Assembly (NCBI GenBank): GCA_965198175.1
Contig: OZ240245.1
Span: 3,584,001-3,648,000, forward strand
Reading direction: 5' to 3'
DNA: 64,000 bases
Source of the DNA: Candidatus Poribacteria bacterium
GTDB lineage: Bacteria; Poribacteria; WGA-4E; PCPOR2b
Made by a program: the position numbers and the translations under genes. Below the pieces are notes generated by a model. The model was not told where the DNA came from and ran no database searches. It worked only from the letters and a program-made list of their open reading frames with translations. The stretch's first letter is position 1. Every line of letters starts with the position of its first letter. Shown here piece by piece: positions 28,924 through 39,058 of this stretch.

Positions 28924-29445
28924 ATGAATCGCCGGTATTTATTGTTGTTTACTCTGCTACCCCTAACGTTTGCGCTTGTTATTGTGATCCCTCGTATCAA
29001 AGCTGAGGCGCCGCCGTCTCAACAGACGACGCAAAATGCAACGGCTGAATTGGTGGAGCTCCTTAAAATTTGGAAGCTCATTGATGCGGTTTCACCAGAA
29101 TCAGAGCAATCGGTGCCACTGTTAACGAAATTTAACGAGTTAGAAGACTTAAAAGCAAAATATCGGCAAGAACACCGAGGAGCGATAAATCGGTTAAAGC
29201 AACTAGAGGCAACGAAGCTTGATTCTGAGGTGAAAATGCCCGAGTTACAGACTGCGTTGGATCAGTACCGTCAAATCGAAGTAAACTTTATTGCGCGCAG
29301 AAAAAAGATTAAGGAGGAGATTAGCCAAATCTTGACCGTCGAGCAACAGGCAAAATTTGAGGTTTTCAGTTATAGTTACCGTCAAGACCTAAAGCAAACA
29401 CTAGAAACCTTGATAGCTCTACAAGAACATCCGCGATCGAAGTGA
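28924..29445 (+). CDS. Periplasmic helical (Spy/CpxP-like) protein
   Basis: Signal peptide; C-terminal ILTVEQQAKF motif. Confidence 0.65.
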   Translation: MNRRYLLLFTLLPLTFALVIVIPRIKAEAPPSQQTTQNATAELVELLKIWKLIDAVSPESEQSVPLLTKFNELEDLKAKYRQEHRGAINRLKQLEATKLDSEVKMPELQTALDQYRQIEVNFIARRKKIKEEISQILTVEQQAKFEVFSYSYRQDLKQTLETLIALQEHPRSK

Positions 29446-29521
29446 GTGCAGTTCCCAATTTGCGGGGGACTTAACTTCGTTCAACTTGAAGTTGCGGGAA
29501 GAAAGATTGATTCATCAATCA

Positions 29522-31303
29522 CTAAAACACATGCCCGATTCCATAGGTGATGACAGGTTTGAACGATGATTTACCGGCGGCATCCAGCGGGTATGCTAAG
29601 TCTAATCGGTAAACGCGAGATTCAGTCAACTTTGGAAGGCTAAACCTTAGACCGAACCCGAAGCTCCGCTTCGGCGCCCGCAAGTTGAATTTCGCTCCAT
29701 TCCAAACGTAGCCCACATCTGCGAAGATAGTTGATCCAAGCACAATCAGCGTCTCTATTTTCTTGAAAGCTCCCCCTCTAAAGATTGTTCTGCTTTCGAA
29801 ATTCAATAGCAGCTTTTTTTCTCCGCTGAACGCCCAACTGCTATAGCCGCGTAACCCACTCGTCCCACCGAGAATTACTTGACCTCGACCCCCGAGGTCG
29901 AATCCCATCACTGTTGAAATTTGTGCGACAAGGGTTTGATAGAACCAATCCTTGCATGTCGTTTTAATCCTCGCGTTGAGGACTGAGTCCCCCAGTTGTT
30001 CTGTTATGCGTGTTGTAAGCTCAGTACGCGCATTGAGAAAAAGCAGATCTTGATGCGCCTGAGATAGCGCAAGTCTCACACTCAGGTTGGTTTGTGACTG
30101 ATCTGAATCGAACAATGGCGAGGCGTGACCAACAGATGCACCGTATCTATATCCAATCTCAATATCTTCAACACGTCCCATCTGATTGAGGAAGCGGGTG
30201 CGAATAAAATCAACATGCCTCCGTCCAAGCGTTATCCCAATAATTTTTATATTCCGATTTTCAAAATTGGCATCCGATGGGGCAAAACTCTGAATTAGAT
30301 CGAAAATGGATTTCTGAGAGGATGCCCAGAGAGAAACCTGCGTTTGCTTATGGCGGTCACCGAAAAAATGAGTGGCTCTAGCGGAATGGATTTGCAGGCT
30401 GCGCGTAAGGGTATCGGTTTTCTCGCCATTCTCATACCATCGAATTTCATCAACGGATTCTGCTATCGTAAAACCGGCGCTCCAACGGGTTTTGAGAGAG
30501 TATTGTGGGCGTTGCATCTGAACCTCCCACGAATCCCCTTCTCGCTTCTGCGTATATTGACCATCAAATCCCCAATGGTAATCAAACATGCGCGATGCTG
30601 TGTAACGACTCCTTATCAAGCTGCGTGGTTTTTCACCCTCTTCCCGTATAAGCTGGTAACGAATCCGTCCTCTATCTCCAGATCCAAATAAGTTTGAATC
30701 CGAGAGCATGATTAGGAGATTGGAAGTATCTTTGTTAAAAGCGGGTAAATCCAGAGCGGGAATAAATGTCCACAGATCGGTGACTTCAACTTGAATCCAA
30801 ACAAGCTGGGTTTCTGCATCCTGGCTTGCCGTAATCTCCGCCTTCCCCAGATACGGTTTTCGACGCAGGATGCGCTCACTTTCCAATTCATCTTCCACCG
30901 TATAAGTGTCGCCGACTTGGAAGAGCAGTTCCCGAAGAATGACGTGATCATTCGTACGGGTATTCCCCGCCACGGTAACCTTCCCAATTTTCCCTTCATC
31001 TATGGGAATCCGCAGATAAACCCCATCGGAGAACCTCTTGATTACAACTTGTTCTTCATTAATATGAGCGAATTGAAATCCATCCCGTTGATAAAACGCG
31101 ACGATTTGCTCGAGGTCTTGCTTTAGAATTTCCGCGTCGTAATCCTCCCCGATCCGGCTCTGCATCACATCCCTAATCTGGTTCTCTGAGAACGCCTCAT
31201 TCCCGACAACCACGATATTGCGGATGAGATTTGAATCTGCGTAGAGTATCCGGGGAAACACAGCGGAAATGACAATAATCATTAGGAGTTTGTGTGGCTT
31301 CAT
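29522..31303 (-). CDS. Omp85/BamA-TamA family POTRA beta-barrel protein
   Basis: POTRA-like motifs (IVVVGNEAFS, VAGNTRTNDHVILREL), GLRGY, C-terminal Phe. Confidence 0.85.
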   Translation of the reverse strand: MKPHKLLMIIVISAVFPRILYADSNLIRNIVVVGNEAFSENQIRDVMQSRIGEDYDAEILKQDLEQIVAFYQRDGFQFAHINEEQVVIKRFSDGVYLRIPIDEGKIGKVTVAGNTRTNDHVILRELLFQVGDTYTVEDELESERILRRKPYLGKAEITASQDAETQLVWIQVEVTDLWTFIPALDLPAFNKDTSNLLIMLSDSNLFGSGDRGRIRYQLIREEGEKPRSLIRSRYTASRMFDYHWGFDGQYTQKREGDSWEVQMQRPQYSLKTRWSAGFTIAESVDEIRWYENGEKTDTLTRSLQIHSARATHFFGDRHKQTQVSLWASSQKSIFDLIQSFAPSDANFENRNIKIIGITLGRRHVDFIRTRFLNQMGRVEDIEIGYRYGASVGHASPLFDSDQSQTNLSVRLALSQAHQDLLFLNARTELTTRITEQLGDSVLNARIKTTCKDWFYQTLVAQISTVMGFDLGGRGQVILGGTSGLRGYSSWAFSGEKKLLLNFESRTIFRGGAFKKIETLIVLGSTIFADVGYVWNGAKFNLRAPKRSFGFGLRFSLPKLTESRVYRLDLAYPLDAAGKSSFKPVITYGIGHVF

Positions 31304-31346
31304 GGGCGAGTTTAATCTTGAATTGACGGACCGCGCAACCCTCATT

Positions 31347-33488
31347 TCAACTGGAGGTACGTCTGGCTTGCACGGCATCATCGGGGATTGCACGTTCGCG
31401 ATTGGACAGGAGGGTTTCAACCAACATCAGAACAAGAGCGATCAGCAGAAGTTCACCCCAAATCTCCTTACCGACCCGATAGTCGATGAGTGTTTTACTC
31501 AACATTTCTGGGGTTGTCGTGATGTCTAGTTGAGCGTCGATTCGCTTGGTCGCTTCTCGAATCGGTATTTGCCGTAGGTGCGATTCTGTTGGATCAACAT
31601 TGACCGCAAAAAAATCTCGTCGTCGCCGATTCTTACTTTGGACCTCGATGCGATAAATTCCTGGCGAATTCGTTCCGCTGAACGTCAGCGTTCCATCTTC
31701 CGCAATTGTAACGGTCTCAGGCGGGGTTGCCACGTCTTCAACATGTCCCACCGAGGCAGTAGTCGCGCCTTCTTGGTGGTAATTGGCTACGTAGGGTTGT
31801 CCGACAAGTACAGTTCTTTGTTGGGGGGATTGAACCGCCTTCGCGTAAAGTACAGTTTGCTGCAACAAGGGTAGAAATAGAGGGTTGACAAGTAGGGTTG
31901 AAGCATATCGGTCGGTTACTGAGACATTAAATAGCAGCGCCGTTCCTAGGGCAATTGGGCGTTCGACAAGAAAAGGTGTTCCATCGCTCAGTTGCGCGAT
32001 TACCTGTCCTTGTTCACGAGGCTGTAGTGTCAAACCGCGATAAAACTGAGGGGCGTATTGCCCAGAAAAATCACTTGGTTGATACACCTCAAAGATTGGG
32101 TGATCCGATTGGTATTCTGACGCCGTTAGCGGTGGACCCCACGCAGCAGGTAGACCAAAACTTGCGGGAAGCCACTCTCCGAACTGGTTGTAGGCAACTA
32201 GGTCGATGTCGGCGTTGACAAAATAGATTACACTTTTGCCAGCACGCATAAACGATTGAAGCTGCTGTTGGGCAGGCGTTGAAAGCGTAGGTAGGTCTGC
32301 TAAAATGAGAATGTCATAGTCCTCCAACGGGAAATTGTCAAACGCTGCCGCAGAACAAGTTGTCGGCAATATTGTATAATTCACACCGGGATTCAGTTGT
32401 GTTTCGGGATTTAATGCAAGGGTTAAATACAAGGTCTGATCACCCACACAAAGCACACGAATTTGACCGTAGACGTGGACTGCAAAATGGCGGCGATTAT
32501 CAGCGATTAGTCGATCCGCCGTCAGTTCAAGATACCCGGTGTGGGTACCGGTAGATTCAAAACGATGGGCAAAAGCCGATGTGATTGACTGATGTAACGC
32601 TGCTTCAGTGTGCTCGCTTTCACTTTGCCCATCCTTTAAGCCGGGACTCATGGATTGCCGCTTTTGACCATCAATGAATAGTGTTACGACGGTTTCAGCC
32701 AACGACGCTTCAGAATGAATGCCGACCTTAGCACCCAACTGGAAAGGGCGATTTATACCAATTAGTTGGGTAGATTGCCGAACTTCTTCAATACTTATGT
32801 TGTCTCCAACTTCCTCGCCGACGGGAAGCAGAAAAATCCGCGCCCCCGATCGATTGGGCACACGATCCCAGTTGTCCCAGCCATTCTGATTAAAATCGGA
32901 AATGAGGTAAATCTCTTTATTCGGTTCATTGGACAGTTCGAGAATATCGTGCGCCATTTCGAGGCTAGACGGTACGTATGTTGAGCGATAAGAAACCTGC
33001 GCTTCGTCAATTGCTACCTTGACCTGTTCTAGATCTTTTGTTAATTTTCGAAATATTGCATCCGGAATGTCTGACATCAAAATGAGCGCAGCACTATCGC
33101 CGCGCCGGAGCGATTGAATGACTTCGCGTCCGATTGCCCTCGCCTTTTCAAACCGTTCGCCCTGAATACCACGATACCCCATGCTATAGGAATTATCTAA
33201 AATGATGACGTTGCTCGCTTTCGCTCTGGCATCTGCTAGAAGAAACGGACTCTTGAGCAAGGGCCGAGCGAGCGCGACGGTAATCAGTATAATTATCCCC
33301 ATCCGCAGTAGCAAAATCAAGAGATGTTTGAGTTGAATACGCCGAACGCTTTGCCGATGGGCAACCAACAAGAACATCAAGCTACTAAAATCGACTGTCT
33401 TTGCTTGGCGGCGGCTCCATAAATGGATAAACAGCGGCACGGCAACGGCAAGTATTCCAAACAGGAAAATCGGGTTAAGAAATCCCAC
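31347..33488 (-). CDS. BatA/vWA-domain membrane protein
   Basis: PLFIHLW...LARP (BatA); ILDNSYSM MIDAS motif. Confidence 0.85.
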   Translation of the reverse strand: MGFLNPIFLFGILAVAVPLFIHLWSRRQAKTVDFSSLMFLLVAHRQSVRRIQLKHLLILLLRMGIIILITVALARPLLKSPFLLADARAKASNVIILDNSYSMGYRGIQGERFEKARAIGREVIQSLRRGDSAALILMSDIPDAIFRKLTKDLEQVKVAIDEAQVSYRSTYVPSSLEMAHDILELSNEPNKEIYLISDFNQNGWDNWDRVPNRSGARIFLLPVGEEVGDNISIEEVRQSTQLIGINRPFQLGAKVGIHSEASLAETVVTLFIDGQKRQSMSPGLKDGQSESEHTEAALHQSITSAFAHRFESTGTHTGYLELTADRLIADNRRHFAVHVYGQIRVLCVGDQTLYLTLALNPETQLNPGVNYTILPTTCSAAAFDNFPLEDYDILILADLPTLSTPAQQQLQSFMRAGKSVIYFVNADIDLVAYNQFGEWLPASFGLPAAWGPPLTASEYQSDHPIFEVYQPSDFSGQYAPQFYRGLTLQPREQGQVIAQLSDGTPFLVERPIALGTALLFNVSVTDRYASTLLVNPLFLPLLQQTVLYAKAVQSPQQRTVLVGQPYVANYHQEGATTASVGHVEDVATPPETVTIAEDGTLTFSGTNSPGIYRIEVQSKNRRRRDFFAVNVDPTESHLRQIPIREATKRIDAQLDITTTPEMLSKTLIDYRVGKEIWGELLLIALVLMLVETLLSNRERAIPDDAVQARRTSS

Positions 33489-33925
33489 GGTTTTTCGCCC
33501 CTCTGTCAATTGCGACGATTAGATTTAAGTGCGCCCAACAGTGAATTATAGTTTAAACTATCTCCAAAGATCAAGCCGAAAATGGGCGTGCAGTCGCGTA
33601 AAAATACGATTGGAAAATCGGTGAACCACACGAATGGGGATACAAAATAGGCATTTTCCTGTTTTCTTATACGTCTAGTGGTTCAACGTGAGCTACACGA
33701 CTGTATTTTGTTGTTGCTTCTGTGTACAATTTATGATACATTGTGGCTTGTTGGGGCATTGTGTCGTGCAGCGTCCCTAGACTGGAAATCTTCAATAGAG
33801 ATTCGTACGCGGGGTAAATGAACGATAAGCGATTCAATCAGATTTGGTCACGGCGGAGAAACTACGTGGTAGTTCTCAAAAAAGGCGAGACTTTATGGAA
33901 GTCGGAACTCGAAAGGAGATTAACA

Positions 33926-34942
33926 ATGCAGATGAAAAACACATCAACTTTGTGCATGGTGATATTCGTCGCTATTGCGCTTTTTAACGGAATGATGGTA
34001 GTCGAGACGCCTGCAGAAGCGCCCAAGAATGAACTCATTGCGTTCTCGACAAACCCCGTTCAGGAAAGTGGCATCTGGTTGATGGATCCTGACGGGAAGA
34101 ACCAACGTGCGATTCTAGTGATTGAGGGGAAGCCGGGGCCTCTCGGGTTGGTTTGGTCACTAGACGGGAGCCGGATTGCATTTCACACCGAAGTAAATGA
34201 AAACATTGATGTATATGTGGTCGATGCTGACGGACAGAATCTTCTACAACTCACTAACCATGAGGCAGAAGATAGCTGGCCGAGCTGGCATCCCGGCGGT
34301 CAAAAAATTGCCTTTTGCACCAACCGAGATGGGAATTTTGAAATCTATGCGGTCACGTTGGCTGGACAGGGATTGGTCAACGTCACCAATGATCCTGTTA
34401 GGGATAGGGAGCCGGCATGGTCGCCAGATGGTCGGAAGATTGCTTTCGCTTCCAAACGAGGCAAGAGCCTCGGGGATATCTGGGTGATGGATAATAGTGG
34501 CGGCAACCTGCAAAATCTTACAAACGTCCGTGGACAGGATTTACAACCCAGATGGTCGTGGGACGGCCAGAAAGTTGGCTGGACATCGCGTCGAGACGGG
34601 TCTGAAGAGATATGGGCGATGGACGCAGATGGCGCAAACGAGTTGAAAGTCAGCAGCAAACAGGACCCCAAGCCCGGCGGCAGTTTCGACTGTTCGGAGC
34701 CGGGTTGGAAACCGAACGGTAAGGAGATTGCTTCAACCGCGCTAGGAGGTGGTAGTGCGACTATTCGCATACACGCTGCAAATGGCAGTCTGCAACGGCT
34801 AGATTTGGCACGCCAAGGTAAGCAAAACCGTTCACCCGCCTGGTTCGACCCTGACTTCGCCATAGTAGAATTTTCTGTATCTCCTGCTGAGAAACAGGTC
34901 TTAACGTGGGGTTGGCTCAAGCGGATGGGGCGGGTTAATTGA
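33926..34942 (+). CDS. Secreted TolB-like PD40 beta-propeller protein, paralog 1
   Basis: Signal peptide; repeated P.WSPDG..IAF motifs; C-terminal VSPAEKQVLTWGWLK. Confidence 0.85.
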   Translation: MQMKNTSTLCMVIFVAIALFNGMMVVETPAEAPKNELIAFSTNPVQESGIWLMDPDGKNQRAILVIEGKPGPLGLVWSLDGSRIAFHTEVNENIDVYVVDADGQNLLQLTNHEAEDSWPSWHPGGQKIAFCTNRDGNFEIYAVTLAGQGLVNVTNDPVRDREPAWSPDGRKIAFASKRGKSLGDIWVMDNSGGNLQNLTNVRGQDLQPRWSWDGQKVGWTSRRDGSEEIWAMDADGANELKVSSKQDPKPGGSFDCSEPGWKPNGKEIASTALGGGSATIRIHAANGSLQRLDLARQGKQNRSPAWFDPDFAIVEFSVSPAEKQVLTWGWLKRMGRVN

Positions 34943-35018
34943 TGCGTTTCTCGTTCACACAATCTTCCACTTCCGCCTTGTAAGAACACACATCTTACGA
35001 GAAGTAAAGGGATGGACA

Positions 35019-36068
35019 ATGCAAGTTAGATACATACTAACCACGCGCATAGTGACCATCACTGTCATCGCTATTGTTTGCTGTTTCACATTGATCGGCG
35101 TGTCCGCGCAAGCGCCCGACAGGGCAACCATTGCATTCTCCACGAACGACAAGGCTAACGGCGGCATCTGGTTGATTGACATTGATGTGCGTGGAGGACA
35201 GGGAAAGGGCGATGTTCATGTGCAAAACCAACGCCTCCTTCTGGCGATTGACGGAAACCCCATTCCCACGGGTTTGGTGTGGTCGCCGGACGGGCGGAAA
35301 ATTGCGTTCCACACCGAGATCGATGAAAACATAGATGTCTACGTGGTCGATGGTGACGGACAGAACCTTCGTCAACTCACCGACCATGAAGCGGAGGATA
35401 GCTGGCCGAGTTGGCATCCGGGCGGCGAAAAACTTGCTTTTTGCACTAACCGAGATGGGAATTTTGAGATTTATGTGATGACGTCAACCGGACAAGGACT
35501 ATTTAATCTCACCAACGACCCCGTTAAGGATAGGGAGCCCGATTGGTCGCGAAATGGTCGACTGATTGCTTTCGCTTCCAAGCGTGGAAAGAGCCTCGGA
35601 GATATCTGGGTGATGGATAGCAGTGGTGGAAACCTGCAAAATCTTACGGATGTCCGCGGCGAAGATACGCAGCCCAGGTGGTCGTGGGACGGTCAGAAAA
35701 TCGCCTGGACCTCGCGTCGAAATGGGAACGATGAGATTATGACGATGGACGCTGCCGATGGCGGGAACTTGTTAAAGATTAGCGATCTCAAGGACGCGAG
35801 ATCTCAGGGGCGTCCAAATCGGGAACCGAGCTGGAAACCGGACGGCAGGGCGATCGCCGCACCAGCATTGGGGGGTGGTAAGTCGTTTATTATGATACAT
35901 CCCACAGATGGGAGTTTGCAATGGCAAGACCTGCCCGCTGTAGGCATTCAGAACCGTTCACCTGCCTGGTTCGACCCTGAGTTTATCATAGAAGAATTTT
36001 CCGTATCCCCCGCCGAGAAACAAGCCTTAACGTGGGGTTGGATTAAACAGATGGTACGAAGTAATTGA
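35019..36068 (+). CDS. Secreted TolB-like PD40 beta-propeller protein, paralog 2
   Basis: Same architecture; C-terminal VSPAEKQALTWGWIK. Confidence 0.85.
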   Translation: MQVRYILTTRIVTITVIAIVCCFTLIGVSAQAPDRATIAFSTNDKANGGIWLIDIDVRGGQGKGDVHVQNQRLLLAIDGNPIPTGLVWSPDGRKIAFHTEIDENIDVYVVDGDGQNLRQLTDHEAEDSWPSWHPGGEKLAFCTNRDGNFEIYVMTSTGQGLFNLTNDPVKDREPDWSRNGRLIAFASKRGKSLGDIWVMDSSGGNLQNLTDVRGEDTQPRWSWDGQKIAWTSRRNGNDEIMTMDAADGGNLLKISDLKDARSQGRPNREPSWKPDGRAIAAPALGGGKSFIMIHPTDGSLQWQDLPAVGIQNRSPAWFDPEFIIEEFSVSPAEKQALTWGWIKQMVRSN

Positions 36069-36149
36069 GGTATTTCTCGAAATCAATTTATCTGAAAACG
36101 TAGGTCCCCACACCACTTCAGGGGGCTGGATCTTGAAAGGAGATTAGCT

Positions 36150-37130
36150 ATGCGCGAGGTTACATTTATCGCTATCGCGCTTCTTAACAGCATGATAGCG
36201 GGCGTGGTGTCCGCAGAAGCGCCTAAAAACGAGACGATTGCGTTTTCCACCAACCATGGTGCGGACAGTGGCATCTGGTTGATGGATCCTGATGGGAACA
36301 ACCAACGCGCGCTTCTAGCGATTGAAGGGAACCCAATCCCGCTGGGCTTAGTGTGGTCTTCAGACGGAAGCAGAATTGCGTTCCACACCGAGATAAATAA
36401 AAATATTGACGTCTATGTAGTCGATGCCGACGGGCAAAATCTCCGTCAACTCACCGACCATGAGGCAGAAGATAGCTGGCCGAGCTGGCATCCCGGCGGT
36501 CAAAAAATTGCCTTTTGCACCAACCGAGATGGGAACTTTGAAATCTATATGTTGACATTAGGCGGACAGGGACTAGTCAACCTCACCAATGACACTGCTA
36601 AGGATAGGGAGCCCGCTTGGTCGCCAGATGCTCGAAAGATTGCCTTCGCGTCTAAGCGAGGAAAGAGCCTTGGGGATATCTGGGTGATGGACAACAATGG
36701 CGGAAACCTACAAAATCTTACAGACGTTCGCGGTCAAGATACAGAACCTAGATGGTCGTGGGACGGTCAGAAAATCGGGTGGACCTCGCGTCGAAATGGG
36801 AACGATGAAATCTGGATAATGGACGGCGCGGATGGCGGAAATCTGTTGAAAATTACGGACCTCAAAGATAATAGCGACCCGAATCGGGAACCAACTTGGA
36901 AACCCAACGGCAAAAAAATCGCTTCCCCAGCTCTGGGAGGTGGGTCTGCGACTATTCGCATACACCCAACAGACGGTAGTCTAAAGTGGAATAACTTGCA
37001 ACGTGCGGGCACGCAAAACCGTTCACCAGCTTGGTTTGACCCTGACTTTGTTGAAGCATTTTCCGTATCCCCCACCGAGAAACAAGCCTTAACGTGGGGT
37101 TGGCTCAAACAGATGGGACGAGATAATTGA
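36150..37130 (+). CDS. Secreted TolB-like PD40 beta-propeller protein, paralog 3
   Basis: Same architecture; C-terminal VSPTEKQALTWGWLK. Confidence 0.85.
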   Translation: MREVTFIAIALLNSMIAGVVSAEAPKNETIAFSTNHGADSGIWLMDPDGNNQRALLAIEGNPIPLGLVWSSDGSRIAFHTEINKNIDVYVVDADGQNLRQLTDHEAEDSWPSWHPGGQKIAFCTNRDGNFEIYMLTLGGQGLVNLTNDTAKDREPAWSPDARKIAFASKRGKSLGDIWVMDNNGGNLQNLTDVRGQDTEPRWSWDGQKIGWTSRRNGNDEIWIMDGADGGNLLKITDLKDNSDPNREPTWKPNGKKIASPALGGGSATIRIHPTDGSLKWNNLQRAGTQNRSPAWFDPDFVEAFSVSPTEKQALTWGWLKQMGRDN

Positions 37131-37309
37131 GGCGTTTCGCGTAATCAACTTGCCGGATAATGTCGACTTAGCAAACGCCATTAAGCCGAGATGGTTTACT
37201 ATCCACTCAGTATTCCGCTACTTACGTTGAAAACCTGTTGCTTGACTAACGCCCGCCTTAAGCTCGATTCAAAAGCGGTCAAGGCGGATTCGATAGAAAG
37301 GGGTTAACC

Positions 37310-38041
37310 GTGCAAATTCTCAATCTTGAATCGGGTACTCCATTCAAAATGGGTAAGGGACAAAATTGGCGCGTCGTACATCCTGATATGGGTGCAAACC
37401 AACTGACGCTCAACCACGGCGTGCACGCACCGGGACAAGAATTCACGCAACATTTCCACGATTATTCAGAGGATATGATTGTGCTTCTCGAAGGTGGAAG
37501 CAGTGTGCGCCAAGGCGATGTCTACACACCCGTTTCGGCAAGGAATGCTGTTTTTGTGCCGGTCGGCGAGGTACATGGTACAGTTAACCAGACTGGCAAA
37601 CCGGCGCGCCTCATCAGTTTCCAATCTCCGCCTGACATGGCGCTATACCACGGCGAACGCGATCGCTCTCCCGATCAGATCCCAAAACCCCAACCCGACC
37701 ACAGAAGTGCGGTGCAAGTCATTGAGATGGCGAAGAGCGGTCCTGTTTTCGGCAAATCGGGCGACTGGCGTTGTGTAATCTCTCCCCAGCGGGGATCTCA
37801 GCATATCTCGCTTGAGTATATAAGACTCTCTGTAGCTGAAGGGTTCGAACATGAACGTGGATCCACAGAATCGATTTATGTATTGATTGATGGCGAGGCA
37901 GAAGTGAGCGCTGGCAGCCAGACGTGGAACCTAACTGCGAAAGATGTCATATTTCTCAATCCGGAAGAGACATTCTCGCTTTCACCGGTTGTGGGCAATC
38001 AGTTGCTTACCCTATTGCATTGCCGTGCAGTAAGCGGATAA
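37310..38041 (+). CDS. Bicupin domain protein
   Basis: HFHDYSED...GEVHG in the first cupin; the second cupin is degenerate. Confidence 0.8.
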   Translation: MQILNLESGTPFKMGKGQNWRVVHPDMGANQLTLNHGVHAPGQEFTQHFHDYSEDMIVLLEGGSSVRQGDVYTPVSARNAVFVPVGEVHGTVNQTGKPARLISFQSPPDMALYHGERDRSPDQIPKPQPDHRSAVQVIEMAKSGPVFGKSGDWRCVISPQRGSQHISLEYIRLSVAEGFEHERGSTESIYVLIDGEAEVSAGSQTWNLTAKDVIFLNPEETFSLSPVVGNQLLTLLHCRAVSG

Positions 38042-38136
38042 GGTAATGTGAAGAGCTTGCTGTGTTGTGACAACGCGTTTCGAGCGAAGTCTCGTAGGGC
38101 TCAATGGACCGATTATAAATAAAAGGAGAAATCCAG

Positions 38137-38901
38137 ATGCTGACGGAAAAGCAAGTCGAGGCTTATAAACGAGATGGTCACATCAAAGTTGAGGGGGTTT
38201 TTACCCCGGAAGAGATTGAAGAACTCAAAAGCGAAATGGTTCGGATTATTGAAGAATGGGGAGAAGAAACCATCGGTTGGCAAGGTCCTTGGCGCGACCG
38301 TTACCTACCTGAAGATGAGCGCCAGAATACGAGGGCGGTCCTGCTGCACAGGCCCCATAATTATTCATCGACGTGGGGGCGCGTCCTTTTTCACCCACGA
38401 TTAATCGGCTGCGTCCAAGCCTTAATCGGTGCCAACGTTCAGTGGCATCACACATGTCTTCATGCGAAACCGCCAGAATTGGGTACCCCCTTCCCCATGC
38501 ACCAGGATTATCCATTTTACCCACATGACGGGCCTGACTTTGTCGATTGCCTAGTTCATCTTGATGACACACCGCTTGAGAGCGGCTGTCTCCGTGTGGT
38601 TCCTGGGAGTCACAAGCAAGGTCCGCTGAAGCACATCACCGGTTCACACACCTCGCCTCATCTTCCGCCTGATAAATACCATCCGGACTGGGTTGAATCG
38701 GTCGCCATCCCCGCGAAGTCAGGTGACGTGATTTTCTTCAGTTACTATACGATTCACTGGTCCGACGTGAACCGGACACACGAATGGCGGAAGTCGGTGC
38801 GTTTTGGCTATCACGCTCCGGAGATGCGCCCAGTCGGAAGCAATCCGAGCGAACCTTACGACAATATCATCACCGGGGGCTTTAAGGAGCACAAGGCGTG
38901 A
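38137..38901 (+). CDS. PhyH family dioxygenase
   Basis: PMHQD (HxD), GCLRVVPGSH, IHWSDVN. Confidence 0.9.
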   Translation: MLTEKQVEAYKRDGHIKVEGVFTPEEIEELKSEMVRIIEEWGEETIGWQGPWRDRYLPEDERQNTRAVLLHRPHNYSSTWGRVLFHPRLIGCVQALIGANVQWHHTCLHAKPPELGTPFPMHQDYPFYPHDGPDFVDCLVHLDDTPLESGCLRVVPGSHKQGPLKHITGSHTSPHLPPDKYHPDWVESVAIPAKSGDVIFFSYYTIHWSDVNRTHEWRKSVRFGYHAPEMRPVGSNPSEPYDNIITGGFKEHKA

Positions 38902-39058
38902 GTCGAAATGGCGCGATGGGACTCATTGACTACCCACTACACACTGCCAACCCGCATCGAAGTCACAGTTTGTTCCTGTGCGGAGTGTGGCGAGACTGAG
39001 CGTTCATCGTTTGGTTGTAAGAAATCACACACCACGTGCAATACAAAGCAGGGATCCG

